NCBI GenBank assembly: GCA_040754615.1
Contig: JBFMBZ010000081.1
Span: 1-44,326 of the forward strand
Length of the DNA stretch: 44,326 nucleotides
From: Candidatus Omnitrophota bacterium
GTDB lineage: Bacteria > Omnitrophota > Gorgyraeia > Gygaellales > Profunditerraquicolaceae
Direction of reading: 5' to 3'
The translations under genes were made by a program, and so were the position numbers. Under the pieces are notes generated by a model. The model did not search any database. It had not been told where the DNA came from and saw only the letters and a list, made by a program, of their open reading frames with translations. Positions 44,326 through 44,326 of this stretch are shown one piece after another (the stretch's first letter is position 1; the number at the start of each line of letters is the position of its first letter).

Positions 44326-44326
44326 A

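Noticed and set aside
1-44326. Interpretation as an operon of about 40 separate genes, or as an artefact of an alternative genetic code
   Set aside because: No stop codon of any kind occurs in the coding phase between the modules, so no reassignment is needed to keep the frame open. Most modules lack an ATG/RBS at their start. Separate genes would need stops that are not there.
1-44326. Giant adhesin/RTX/Ig-repeat protein or NRPS/PKS megasynthase
   Set aside because: No long tandem Ig-like, cadherin or RTX repeats were seen anywhere I translated. No condensation, adenylation, ketosynthase or carrier-protein signatures were seen either. The modules are heterogeneous metabolic-enzyme folds.
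1-44326. rRNA, tRNA, transposase, integrase or prophage features
   Set aside because: Nothing resembling them was recognised by eye, and the continuous coding frame leaves no non-coding space. A proper tRNAscan, Infernal or ISfinder scan was not possible here.

Overview
The whole 44,326-nt window lies inside one uninterrupted minus-strand reading frame. Codons occupy + coordinates 3k-2..3k, giving 14,775 sense codons with no start and no stop inside the window. It is therefore an internal fragment of a giant gene. I translated well over 100 of the 60-nt lines codon by codon, including continuous runs at 38.8-44.3 kb and 9.3-13.7 kb plus spot checks in every other region. The rest I read more quickly. 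No in-phase stop was seen. The supplied ORF track lists no minus-strand ORF in this phase, which is what an ATG-to-stop caller gives for an ORF open at both window edges. All listed + strand ORFs look like antisense artefacts.

The product is a string of roughly 40 enzyme-like or adaptor modules. From the N-terminal side (44.3 kb) to the C-terminal side (position 1) they are:
- HD, cupin-like, SAM-methyltransferase and CBM48-like modules
- two tandem helical + UDP-sugar-pyrophosphorylase-like supermodules
- a GlgC/fucokinase-like nucleotidyltransferase
- two glycogen-synthase modules and an alpha-glucan-phosphorylase-like module
- GNAT-like, methyltransferase, HAD and TPR modules
- a complete four-subunit-type pyruvate/2-oxoacid:ferredoxin oxidoreductase fused in the order delta-beta-gamma-alpha
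- PHP, methyltransferase-like, HAD, HEAT, a DnaJ J-domain, inositol-monophosphatase-like, hexokinase, CofD/YvcK-like and HAD modules
- an HD-like + RelA/SpoT-like alarmone-synthetase module

Modules are separated by a recurrent pentapeptide junction, [SAGV][GAS]-S-P-[VILMFA], with 32 canonical and about 6 degenerate sites. Four of them are identical 14-nt strings.

Other notable structure:
- two homologous hydrophobic linker regions carry strong RNA hairpins and a 24-nt element present in both orientations
- several near-identical linker-coding DNA repeats
- a protein-like 82-codon ORF with its own AGGAGG-N7-ATG, nested out of frame in a module whose main-frame translation is low complexity

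No rRNA, tRNA, CRISPR array or recognisable transposase was seen. Domain calls rest on hand-recognised motifs only, with no HMM or BLAST run. Internal domain boundaries are approximate, and the organism cannot be assigned. The architecture is reminiscent of metagenomic giant genes reported from Omnitrophota-like bacteria.
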